DNA from: Squalus acanthias
Lineage: Eukaryota
DNA: 64,000 nt
Assembly (NCBI GenBank): GCA_030390025.1
Contig: CM059438.1
Coordinates: forward strand, 67,582,001 to 67,646,000
Direction: 5' to 3'
Positions 25,019-36,833 of this stretch are shown here, piece after piece. The position numbers and the translations under genes were made by a program. The notes under the pieces were generated by a model. It saw only the letters and a list, made by a program, of their open reading frames with translations. It did not search any database and had not been told where the DNA came from. The stretch's first letter is position 1, and every line of letters begins with the position of its first letter.

Positions 25019-25673
25019 GGCCTAGAAATTCGGTTGCTTTGCGCCTCCCATTAGCGCCCTAAGAGGAGCAACTAGCGCCTGAGCGAAATTCAGCGGGAGG
25101 TTAGCGGTGGCGGTAACCGTTAGCGCCCCATGGCGCTGCGCCGCTGGCGATAACGTGATCGCCATGCGGAGTGCCCCACTCGCGCCCCGGCCGCGATCTT
25201 TGGTAGCGCCCCGACTTACCGCCGGACACTATGTCCGACAGAGTTACAGGGGCCTACCTGCGGCCGGGGCAGCGCTAATTAAAGGGGAGGTGCTGGGCGG
25301 CCATTTTTGTTGCTGGCCCCTGCCAGCACCTGCCCCTGTTGCCGTCCCCGTCCTCCTCTGCAGCCCCCCCCCCCGCAGAGTGCCGGCTGCGGTCCGTGAG
25401 CCCGGCACATCTCTTGAGTGACGGGCTCTTTTGCCGGCTCTCTGATCCCTGGTGGCCCAGCTGAGTCCCGGGTCGTGCTGCGCTAAGGCCCCTCCCGTTT
25501 AAGAAGGGGCGGAAGACCTGCAGTACCGCGGCACGACGTACCGCAGAGCGTGGCGCTGCGGCACGTAATGCCACGATATTCATTCGCAGCGCCCCAAGAG
25601 GGAGATGGGGCTCTAAAAGTAGCGCCCAGGTGAAGTTAGCGCCCCAAAGGGGGCGTGACTGAATTTTTCCCCC
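25019..25673. mobile_element. GC-rich MITE, PIF/Harbinger-like
   Basis: Imperfect TIRs GGCCTAGAAATTCGGT / ACTGAATTTTTCCCCC, TAA on both sides; homologous to 47130-47640. Confidence 0.72.
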
Positions 25674-26483
25674 TAATACTCACCCACCAATCACCTACCT
25701 GCAGTCCTGTGACATCACTCCTTGTTTTTGCTGTTCTTTTGGAATTCGGCGGCTCCACGCTCTTTATCCTCTGCGGCTGCCTCTGCTGTTGATTCCTTCC
25801 AGGTCCGCTGTCCTCGGGCTCCGCGCTCTTTATCCTCGACTGTTGATTCCTTCCAGGTCCGCTGTCCTCGGGCTCCGCGCTCTTTATCCTCTGCTGCCAC
25901 CTCTGCTGCCGATTCCTTTCCTTAAAGACTACTCAGATTCCCCATACTACCTCGTCAAGCAACAATGACAGTCTGATTCATTGGAGAGACAGATATAATG
26001 CTATTTGTACTTGCTCATGCCAAAAGCTTTACTTAAAACTGAGAACTCATTTGTATGAATAAACAGAGGCTGGCTCCGACATTGCCTTAAACCCCTCATT
26101 TAGATTTGTGAAGTAATTGAGTTCAATATTTCAGAAGTAAATTCAATTTGTTCAGAAGCTAAAAGAATCCCATCCCTAAGGAAGCAGGACTGACTTGCAT
26201 GTAAATGAAGTGTGATGGCAATCGTATATAACATTGTCAGCCTCTCCAGAGCAATATATGACAAATCAAGCTAAATCAATGTATTTAACCTGGCTGATAC
26301 TTTAACTTTTTCAGCCAAGTGTTCTGAGTGTTGTGGCACTTTTTCGGCAAATCCAGATTTTTTTTTCTGCTACTCGTTTCTCAATGGAAGCACAGTGATT
26401 GTTCGCTCCAGCTAAAGTCCAAGATTGTGAAGTTTTTCTTCAAGGACTCACCTGCAATTAAGAAAAGATATTATTGAGCATCA

Positions 26484-26955
26484 GCCTGGCTCAATACGTA
26501 GCACGTGATCCTCAGAAACAGACAACAACAACAATTTGTATTTATATAGCGCCTTTAACGTAGTAAAACGTCCCAAGGCGCTGCACAGGAGTATTTTAAG
26601 ACAACAAATTTGACACCGATCCACATCGGGATAAATTAGGGCAGGTGACCAAAAGCTTGGTCAAAGAGGTAGGTTTTAAGGAGCGTCTTAAAGGAGGAAA
26701 GAGAGGTAGAGAGGCGGAGAGGTTTAGGCTGGGAATTCCAGAGCTTAGGGCCTAGGCAACAGAAGGCACGGCCACCAATGGCTGAGTGATTATAATCAGG
26801 GATGCTCAAGAGGGCAGAATTAGAGGAGCGCAGATATCTCGGGGGGGGTTCAATCACCGCTCCAGGACTGGAGCACATTTTCTAGGCTGACACTTAAGTG
26901 AAGGAGTCTGAGGTGCCATCTTTTGGATGAGGTGCTAAACCAAGTCCCCATCCTT
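26484..26955 (+). mobile_element. tRNA-derived SINE 5' part (DeuSINE/SacSINE1-like), split by an L2 tail
   Basis: A-box-like TGGCTCAATACGTAG, then after the L2 piece GGTTCAATC...CTAGGCTGACAC...GAGGTGCCATCTTTTGGATGAG; family name from memory. Confidence 0.5.
26520..26846 (-). mobile_element. L2 LINE 3' end with (TTG)n tail
   Basis: GPKLWNS...SSFKTLLKTYLFDQAF; matches 28370-28572. Confidence 0.85.
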
Positions 26956-26989
26956 TTGTTGAAACACAAAACAGATGAATATTTCTGTA

Positions 26990-27204
26990 CGATAGCAAAA
27001 TACTGCGGATGCTGGAAATCCGAAATAACAACAGAAAACGCTGGAAAAACTCAGCAGGCCAGGCAGCATCCGTGGAGAGAGAAAGAGAGTTGACGTTTCA
27101 GGTCGATGACCTTTCATGAAAGGTCATCGACCTGAAACGTCAACTCTCTTTCTCTCTCCACGGATGCTGCCTGGCCTGCTGAGTTTTTCCAGCGTTTTCT
27201 GTTG
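26990..27204. mobile_element. Penelope-like fold-back element, perfect palindrome
   Basis: Arms centred on CTTTCATGAAAG; TSD TGAATATTTCTGTA at 26976-26989 and 27205-27218; extra tail on the left arm. Confidence 0.85.
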
Positions 27205-27924
27205 TGAATATTTCTGTATCTCTGAATAGCTAAACTCAATATGAAATGAAATAGATTATGAAGGAAGAGAATATCCATCTTCTGACATAATGGGAATTAA
27301 TAATGGCAGATTCAGTTTTCATTTTGATGCATTTATATTACTGTGCTTCTGTGGCTTTGTTATATTTGTTAATGTACCTTTTTTTTAAAGTACTGTCTTC
27401 TAGGAAACAAAACAATTTATCAACCTATCCATTGGCCAAGGCCATACCTGCTGTAGTATTCTGTCAGAAATATGGCCATCACCTTATCAATGACAAGTGA
27501 AGTCGTAGTTAAAGCAGAGTAAGAGAAGAGTAGACAAGCATTTGAAGCAGAGGAATAGTTACGGCTATGGGGAGAGAGAAGGGCGGTGAGGTTAGTTTTA
27601 GATGTCTGTGGCAAAGAGCGTGAAGGGCAAAATGACCTCCTTCTGCATGGTGAACATCTATGGTTCCACAAAATGGTTACAGATGAACATAAGTCTAGGG
27701 TGAGCATTTTTGTTCTTGTTTTACACAATACCGAAAGGTAGATTTCCCACTTGTCACCTGGGATAAAACTATCATTGAGGAACAGCCACCCATTATAGAA
27801 ACAGCCTCATTTGCACTTCCATTAAAATCAGAATTTGCACCCTGACCAAATCGCTAATAAATGTTTATTACTATGTCAATATATTAACAAATCACTCTCG
27901 CCTTTCTCACAGTACAAGAACAGG

Positions 27925-28365
27925 ATCATAGAATCATACAGCACACAAGGAGGCCATTCGGCCCATCATGCCAGTGCCAGCTCTTTGAAAGAGCGATCCC
28001 ATTAATCCCAATCCACTGCTCCTTCCCCATAGCCCTGCAATTTTTTTCCCTTCAAGTATTTATTCAATTCCCTTTTGAAAGTATTATTGAATCTGCTTCC
28101 ACTGCCCTTTCAGGCAGTGCATTCCAGATCATAACAACTCGCTGTGTAAAAAAATGATTCTCCTCATCTCCCCTCTGGATCTTTTGCCAATTACCTTAAA
28201 CCTGTGCCCTCTGGTTACCGACCGACCTGCCAGTGGAAACAGTTTCTCACTATTTACTCTATCAAAATCCCTCATAATTTTAAACACCTCTATTAAATCT
28301 CCCCTTAACCTTCTCTGCTCAAAATAGAACAAACCCAGCTTCTCTAGTCTCTCCACATAACTGAG
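27925..28365 (-). mobile_element. CR1 3' fragment
   Basis: RRLRGDLIEVFKIM...TRGHRFKV; tail ATCATAGAATCATA. Confidence 0.88.
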
Positions 28366-28369
28366 TATA

Positions 28370-28572
28370 TAACAACAACAACAACTTGTATTTATATAGC
28401 GCCTTTAACGTAGTAAAACGTCCCAAGGCGCTGCACAGGAGCATTATAAGAGAAAAAAAATTGACACCGAGCCACATAAGGATAAATTAGGGCAGGTGAC
28501 TAAAAGTTTGGTCAAAGAGGTAGGTTCTAAGGAGCGTCTTAAAGGAGGACAGAGAGGTAGCGAGGCGGAGAG
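28370..28572 (-). mobile_element. L2 3' end with (TTG)n tail
   Basis: Near-identical to 26520-26720. Confidence 0.85.
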
Positions 28573-29116
28573 TCAAGTCCAACTAGAATTTCCTACAGGA
28601 TTCTCCCGATCTGCCGGCGTAACTTCAATGGAAGATTGGCAGAAATCCCGGAGAAACGGCTTTTAGGTTGTTTTTCTGGGACTTCCGCCGATCTTCTGCC
28701 GAAGCCACAGCAGCAAATCAGGAGAACACCGGCGGAACTTCTACCCCATGATCTGTAGCTATTTTTTCATGCAGGGCAAGGGGAACAGGCGTGCTTTCCC
28801 CTTCTGTGCCCTGTGTATGGACTGCAGTCTCTGCGACTAGACCAGATGTCCTGGAGGACTAATACAGATGGGGAAAAAAATCTGCTTTTGCATGTTTCAA
28901 ATTTTGTGAAATTTTTATGCTGTACAGCCTTGTTGATTTAACTTTTATGACTCTAACTTCTGAAAGCTGTGGTAATATTTCAAAATCTTCCCATTGATTA
29001 ACACCACTTACTTCTCTATTTGAAAGCTGGATCACCTTACAACTCAGTTTTAAAACTCAGAATGCTGGCTTGCTCTTTGGACATGATTGCACATTGTAGA
29101 TCCCCACATTGGCACC

Positions 29117-29315
29117 GAGATGAGCTCAAGTAATAGCAAAGAAGGAGAACCTAAGAATGGCCTCACTAAAGCTCCCCTTGTGGGATGGGTCGATACACCG
29201 TGGCGGTCAGGGACTGAGCCTTTATCCCCTCCGGTGTATCGACCCATCCCACAAGGGGAGCTTTAGTGAGGCCGTTTGTAGGTTCTCCTTCTTTGCTATT
29301 ACTTGAACTCATCTC
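29117..29315. repeat. Inverted repeat, 84-bp arms, 31-nt spacer
   Basis: 29117-29200 vs 29232-29315, 80/84 complementary by manual count. Confidence 0.95.
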
Positions 29316-29317
29316 AA

Positions 29318-32300
29318 GGGAATGGTAGCGTAGTGGTAATGTCACTGGGCTAGTAATCCTAGTAAGCCTGGACTAATGATCCAGAGACATGAGCTCAAGT
29401 CCCACCATGGTAGCTGGGGGATTTAAATTCAGTTAATTAAATAAATCTGGAATAATTACTAGTATCAGTAAAGGTAACCATGAAACTATCAGATTGTCGT
29501 AAAAACTTCTGGTTCACTAATGTCCTTTAGGGAAGGAAATCTGCCATCCTTACCTGGTCTGGCCTATATGTGACTCCAGACCCACAGCAATGTGGTTGAC
29601 TCTTAACTGCCCTCTGAAATGGCCCTGCAAGCCTCTCAGTGGTAATAACTGATACAAAACAAAATAATAAAAATGAAACCGGACGGACCACTTGGCACTG
29701 GCTATGGTATACCCTGCAACCATGCAAAGTCCTCCTCACCAACATCTGGGGACTTGTGCCAAAATTGGGAGAGCTGTCAAGCAACAGCCTGACAAATCCA
29801 TACTCACAGAATCATACCTTTCAGCCAATGTCCGAAACTCCTCCATCACCATCCCTGGGTATGTCCTGCGCCATCCCACTGACAGGACAGACCCACCAAG
29901 GGTGGCGGCACAGTGGTATACAGTCGGGAAGGAGTGGCCCTGGGAGTCCTCAACATTGACTCCGGACCCCATGCAGTCTCATGGCTTCAGGTCAGACATG
30001 GGCAAGGAAACCTCCTGCTGATTACCACCTACCGCCCTCCCTCAGCTGATGAATCAGTACTCTGCCATGTTGAACACCACTTGGAAGAAGCACTGAAAGT
30101 AGCAAAGGGCACAGAATTTACTCTGGGTGGTGGACTTCAATGTCCATCACCAAGAGTGGCTCGGTTGCACCACTACTGACCAAGCTGGCCGAGTCCTGAA
30201 GGACATAACTGCCTGTCTGGGCCTGCGACAGGTGGTGCGAGAAACAACATGAGGGAAAAACCTACTTGACCTCGTCTTCACCAATTTACCTGTCGCAGAT
30301 GCATCTGTCCATGACAGTATTGGTAGCAGTGACCACCACACAGTCATTGTGGAGACGAAGTCCCGTCTTCACACTGAGGACACCCTCCATCGTGTTGCGT
30401 GGCACTACCACCATGCTAAATGGGATAGATTCAGAGCCGATCTAGCAGCACAAAACTGGGCGTCCATGAGGTGCTGTGGCCATCAGCAGCAGCAGAATTG
30501 TATTCCACCACAATCTGTAACCTCATGGCCTGGCATATCCCTCACTCTACAATTACCATCAAGCCAAGGGACCAACCTTGGTTCAATAAGCAGTGTAGAA
30601 GAGCATGCCAGGAGCAGCACCAGGCGTACCTAAAAATGAGGTGCCAACCTGGGGAAGCTGCAACACAGGACTACATGCATGCTAAAAAGCGGAAGCAGCA
30701 TGCTATAGACAGGGCTAAGTGATCCTACAATCAACGGATCAGATCAAAGCTCTGCAGTCCTGCCACATCCAGTCATGAATGGTGGTGGATCATTAAACAA
30801 CTAACGGGAGGAGGAGGCTTCATGAATATCCCCATCCTCAATGATGGTGGAGCCCAGCACGTGAGTGCAAAAGACAAGGCTGAAGCGTTTGCAACCATCT
30901 TCAGCCAGAAGTGCCGAGTGGATGATCCATATCGGCCTCCTCCTGAGTTCCCCACCATCGCAGAAGCCAGTCTTCAGTCAATTCGATTCACTCCACGTGA
31001 TATCAAGAAACGGCTCAGCGCACTGGATACAGCCAAGGCTATGGGCCCTGACAACATCCCGTTTATCGTGCTGAAGACTTGTGCTCCAAAACTAGCCGTG
31101 CCTCTAGCCAAGCTGTTCCAGTACAGCTACAACACTGGCATCTAGCCGACAATGTGGAAAACTGCCCAGGTATGTCCTGTCCACAAAAACCAGGACAAAT
31201 CCAACCCGGCCAATTACCGCCTCATCAGTCTACTCTCAATCATCAGCAAAGTGATGGAAGGTGTCATCGACAGTGCTATCAAGCGGCACTTACCAATAAC
31301 CTGCTCACTGATGCCCAGTTTGGGTTCACGCCAATACCACTCAGCTCCCGACCTCATTACAGCCTTGGTCCCAACATGGAAAAAGGAGCTGAATTCCAGA
31401 GTTGAGTTGAGAGTGACTGCCCGTGACATCAAGGTAGCATTTGACCAAATGTGGCATCAAGGAGCCCTAATAAAACTGAAGTCAATGGGAATCGGCGGGG
31501 GAACTCTCCACTGGCTGGAGTATACCTAGCACAAAGGAAGATGGTTGTGGTGGTTGAAGGTCAATCATCACAGCCCCAGGACATTGCTGCAGGAGTTCCT
31601 CAGGGCAGTGTCCTAGGCCCAACCATCTTCAGCTGCTTCATCAATGACCTTCCCTCCAACATAAGGTCAGAAATGGGGATGTTCGCTGATGACTGCACAG
31701 TGTTCAGTGCCATTCACAACTCCTCAGATAATGAAGCAGTCCATGCCCGCATGCAACAAGACCTGAACGACGTTTAGGCTTGGGCTGATAAGTGGCAGGT
31801 AACATTCGCGCCACAGAAGTGCCAGGCAATGACTATCTCCAACAGGCGCGAGTCTAAACACCGCCCCTTGACATTCAATGGCATTACCATCACCGAACCC
31901 CCCACCATCAACATCCTGGGGGTCACCATTTACCAGAAACTTAACTGGACCAGCCACATAAATACTGTGGCAACAAGAGCAGGTCAGAGGCTAGATATTC
32001 TGCAGTGAGTGTCTCACCTCCTGACTCCCCAAAGCCTTCCTACCATCTACAAGGCACAAGTAAGGAGTGTGATGGAATTCTCTCCACTTGCCTGGATGAG
32101 TGCAGCTCCAACAACACTCAAGAAGCTCGACACCATCCAGGACCAAGCAGCTGCTTGATTGACACCCCATCCACCACCTTAAACATTCACTCCCTCCACC
32201 ATCGGCGTACCATGGCTGCAGTGTGTACCATCTACAAGATGCACTGCAGCAACTCGCCAAGGCTTCTTCAGCAGCACCTCCCAAACCTGCGACCTCTACC

Positions 32301-32578
32301 ACCTAGAAGGACAAGGGCAGCAGGCGCATGGGAACACCACCACTTCCAACTTCCCCTCCAAGTCACACATCATCCTGACTTAGAAGTATATCGCCGATCC
32401 TTCATCGTCACTGGGTCAAAATCCTGGAACTCCCTCCCTAACAGCACTGTGGGAGTACCTTCACCACACGGACTGCAGCGGTTCAAGAAGGCGGCTCACC
32501 ACCACCTTCTAAAGGGCAATTAGGGATGGGCAATAAATGCTAGCGACACCCACATCCCATAAAAACACATTTTTAAAA
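29318..32578 (+). mobile_element. Apparently full-length single-ORF Zenon-like LINE with tRNA-derived 5' head, degenerate
   Basis: A box TAGCGTAGTGG 29326-36, B-box-like GCTCAAGTC 29393-401, SINE-type core, then KVLLTNI..LTESYL..SDH (APE), RT with FADD, 3' tail. Confidence 0.9.
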
Positions 32579-32829
32579 AGTCAATAACTTAGGCCTACTA
32601 ATTTATAGTGACCAAATAAGTCAAATTCAGTTTTTACATAGAATTTTGGTATTTTCTGAGAGATTCGTTGGTGTTTTGTATTCCATGGCTCTATCTAATT
32701 TTCATGAAAACCGTAAATCAATGGCCTTGAATGGGGTCCAAAACATCACGGGAAAAAAAATTGTTTTGAAGTTCCAACAGAGAACATGTTCTAATTGAAA
32801 TGTGCAATAAGATGGAGCTGTATGATAGA

Positions 32830-33480
32830 GCTCCTTTGAGCATCTCACCTTATTCCACCCCTCTCATTTAAAATTCTCGTTCGTTACCACTCACCCAAGT
32901 ACAATAAAAATTTTATTACCAAGGTATCATCACTGCTTTCCTCCCTCAGCCTCTGCACTGAGCGATTTCTCATCTCAATTCATCCTGCTCTCTCTCCTCT
33001 GAATTAACTAGCCACGAATCCTCCCTTAATCTCTCGCTCTATGTAAACTCCCCAACACATATTCACAGCCACCCCCTCGATCTTGCCATCTCTGGTGGCC
33101 TCGCTAGTCCCATCGTGTCAATCGCAGATAAGGCCATCTCTGACCACTTCCTCATATTGCTCTCCACCCACATCCCCCTTCCCCACTGCCCCCAGTCCCC
33201 AACCCCAACCCTACTTCCTTCTGTAGCCGCCCCTGGAAAAACCTCTCTCCCAACTCTCTTACAACTGCACTTACAAAATCCCAACTGTCCAGCCTCTGGC
33301 CCTCCATTCACCATGACATTTCTGCAGAAACCGATCTGCTCAACAGCACCCTCACCACCACCTTTGATGCCCGATTCCCTATTAAAACAATTACTTTCTC
33401 TCACCCTGGCCATTCCCCCTGGTACGGCCTCATCTTCACACTCTTAAGTCCAAGAGACGCAGACTTGAACGGATTTAGCA
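32830..33480 (+). mobile_element. L2 LINE endonuclease-region fragment
   Basis: PTHIHSHPLDLAI...ISDHFLI APE motifs. Confidence 0.65.
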
Positions 33481-36400
33481 ATTCACCGCAATTCATCTTT
33501 TGTTTCTTAACTTGTCCCATTACCATCTCCTTTTGCCTTGCACCATCATCCCTTTTGTCTTTTAATCTCTCCTGCCTTCCACCCTATCACAGACCTTCCC
33601 TTTGTTCTTTCCTCCCCTCCTTCCTTTCCCACACATGCTTAAAAATCTGTTACTTCTCTAACCTTTCCAGTTCTGACAAAGGGTCATCAACCTGAAATGT
33701 TAACTCTGTTTTTTTTACATAGGATTACATAGGATATATGGCACAGAAACAGGCCATTCAGCCCAACCAGTCCATGCCAGACTGGTTTATGCTCCACTTG
33801 AACCTCCTCCCATCTTTCCTCATCTAAATCTATCAGCATAACCCTCTATACCTTCTCCCTCATATGCTTGTCTAGCCTCCCCTTAAATGCATTTATACTA
33901 TTTGCTTCACCCACTCCCTGTGGTAGCGAGTTCCACATTCTCACCACTTTTTGGGTAAAGAAGTTTCTTCTGAATTCCCTATTGGATTTCTTGGTGACTA
34001 TCTTATATTGATGGCCTCTAGTAATGCTCTTCCTCACAAGTGGAAACATTCTCTCTGTACCCACTCTATCAAAATTTTTCATAATTTTAAAGACCTCTAT
34101 TAGGTCATCCCTCAGCCTTCTTTTTTCAAGAGAAAAAGAGACCCAGCATGTACATCCTTTCCTGATATGTATACCCTCACATTTCTGGTATCATCCTTGT
34201 AAACCTTCTCTGTACCCTCTCCAGTGCCTCTATATCCTTTTTATAATATGGCGACCAGAACTGTACGCAGTACACAAATGTGGTCTAACCAAGGTTCGAT
34301 ACAGGTTTAGCATAACTTCCCAACTTTTCAATTCTATAACTCTAGAAATAAATCCTTCTGCTTGGTTTGCTATTTTATGGCCTTGCTAACCTGTGTCGCA
34401 ACTTTTAGTAATTTGTGTATTTGTACTCCGAGATCCTTTTGTTCCTCTACCCCACCTAAACTTGCACCCTCCAAGTGATAAATGACCTCCCTATTCTTTC
34501 TACTAAAATGTAATACCTTACATTTATCTGTGTTGAAATTCATTTGCCAATTATATGGCCATTCTGCAAGTTTATTAATGTCCTCCTGTAACTTGTTTCA
34601 GTCCTCCTCAGTATTGACTCTCCCCCCCAATTTGGTGTCATCTGCAAATTTAGAAATTGTGTTTTTGATTCCTAAGTCTAAATTGTTAATGTAAATTGTG
34701 AACAGCAGTGGTCCCAGCACTGATCCTTGTGGACACCACTACCCACCTTCTGCCAGTGTGAATAGCTACCCTTTACTCCTACTCCCTGCTTTCTGTCCTG
34801 AAGCCAGCCAGCAATCCATTCTGCTACTTGTTCCCTGACTCCGCATTCTCTGACCTTGTTCATCAGTCTATTATGGGGTACCTTATCGAAGGCCTTTTGA
34901 AAATCCAGATAAATTACATCTACTGTATTACCATTGTCTGCTCTCTTTGTTACCTCTTCAAAAAATTCAATAAGGTTGGTCAAGCAAGACTTTCCCTTTT
35001 GAAATCCATGTTGACTATTCATTATTATATTTTTGGTTTCTAGATGTTCTTCTATTTTCTCTTTTAGTAGGGATTACGTTAGCTATCCGCCAGTCCTCTG
35101 GCACTACACCTTTTTCTAACGAATTACTAAATATGCGTAGTAATGCCTCTGCTATCTCTTCCCTAGATTCTTTTAAAATGCGTGGATGCAATCCATCCGG
35201 ACCAGGGGTTTTATCCTCTTTGAGTTTGATTAATTTATTTAATATATCGCCTTTTTCTTATTTTAAATGCATTTATCTCATTACTAATCTCATCATCCAA
35301 TGTCATGTCCAACTGTTCTATCTCCCTGGTAAATACTGAAGCAAAATAAATATTTAATATTTCTGCCATCTCTCTATCATTACCTGTGGTATTATCCTGA
35401 CTATCCCTTAATGGCCCTATTCCCATCCCAACCTTCCTTTTTATATTGATGTACCGATAACATATTTTACTTTTTTATGTTCCTTGATAATTTAATTTCA
35501 TAGTTCCTCTTTGCCTCCCTAATTTTTTTTGACTTTTCTCCTAATCTTTTCATATTCTCTCTTATCATGCACTCCCCTGCTGTCTATGTACTTAATATAT
35601 GCCTCTTTCCTTACCCTCAATTGTTCCCTATGGCTTTATTCATCCATGAAGTCTCATTATTGTTTAGTTTGTTCTTTCCTTTTAGCGGAATATATTTTTC
35701 CTGCACTCTGTTGAACACCGTTTTAAATATTTCCCATTGCTGTTCTACATTGTTGTTTAACAATATTTTTGCCCATTTTTTTCCCCAAGTTCTATTCTCA
35801 GCCCCTCAAAATCAGTTTTTCTCCAATCTACTAACCTGGTTTTCTTCATACTTCTGTCCTTCTCAATTATCATCTTAATGCATATTATATTATGGTCACT
35901 ATTGCCTATATGTTCCCCTACCTTTACTTCTCTTATCTGCTCTGGTTCATTTCCCATTACTAGATCCAATAGCGAATCCTCCCTTGTTAGGCTTTTTACA
36001 TATTGGGTTAGAAAGGAGTCCTGTACACATTTTAGGAACTAAATTCCCTTATCCCCTTTACCTACCTCTTCTGTCCAATTAATATTGGGGTAGTTGACAT
36101 ACCCCATGATTATTATTCTATGTTTTTTACTCATTTCCCTAATTTGTCTGCATATTTTTTCCTCCACCTCCCTTCCACTATGAGGCGGTCTGTAGACAAC
36201 ACCTATTAGTGTGATTGATCCTTTACTATCTTTTATCTCTCTCCATATGGATTCTATTTTTGTCTTGCTGATATCTGCATCACTTTTTTCTACTGCCATT
36301 ATGTTATCCCTATTAAGTACAGCTACTCCACCTCCCCTTTTCCCCTCCCTATCTTTTCTAAATATGTTATACCCTGCAATGTTTAATTCCCAGTCCTGAT

Positions 36401-36833
36401 TTTTCTGTAGCCATGTCTCAGTAATCCCTACTATGTCTGGTTCCTCTCAACGTATGATTGCCTCCAACTCTCTTGTTTTATTATGGATACTGTGTGCATT
36501 GCTGTACAGGCAGTTTAACTCATTTTTAATAGGATTTTCTCTCACTTTATGTTTAACCATCTTTTTAGACTTCTATTCTATAACTCTTTTTATTCCCTTG
36601 CCATGAATGTCCTCCCTTACTTTATTCTTTCCTATGCTCTCTTCCTGTTTTGTTTATATTTAGGCTGGTTACTTTTCTTGTCGATCCCTCCCCCCTCGAT
36701 GTATTCTCTCTTATCATTTGAGGTATTACATTTTGGCCCCCTCTCCACGATGCTGCCTGACCTGCTGAGTGTTTCCTGCATTTTCTGTTGTTATTTCTGA
36801 TTTCCAGCATCTGCGATATTTTGCTATTGTATT
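33481..36833 (+). mobile_element. Older Penelope-like terminal repeat split by a CR1 (pieces ~33481-33712 and ~36741-36833)
   Basis: Colinear with 51290-51590; decayed hammerhead motif at 33669-33705 (CTGACAA..GAAATGTT). Confidence 0.8.
33717..36740 (-). mobile_element. CR1 LINE copy 5, old AT-rich subfamily, ORF2 region
   Basis: QHGFQKGKSCLTNL, LDFQKAFDKV, YRPPHS, SDH; tail (ATCCTATGTA)n. Confidence 0.88.

Larger units (their letters stand above)
20401..25922 (-). mobile_element. CR1 LINE copy 4 (different subfamily), near full length, degenerate, two MITEs in its 5'UTR
   Basis: (ATTCTATG)n tail 20401-20429; ORF2 pieces 20421-23447; ORF1 pieces 23441-24299 (CTSC..CRRC, GDSIV, HIGTND); ~60-bp tandem units 25750-25920. 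Confidence 0.92.

Noticed and set aside
29318..29410. Genuine tRNA gene
   Set aside because: Oversized variable region, imperfect B box, no nearby T-run; continuous with retroelement sequence.
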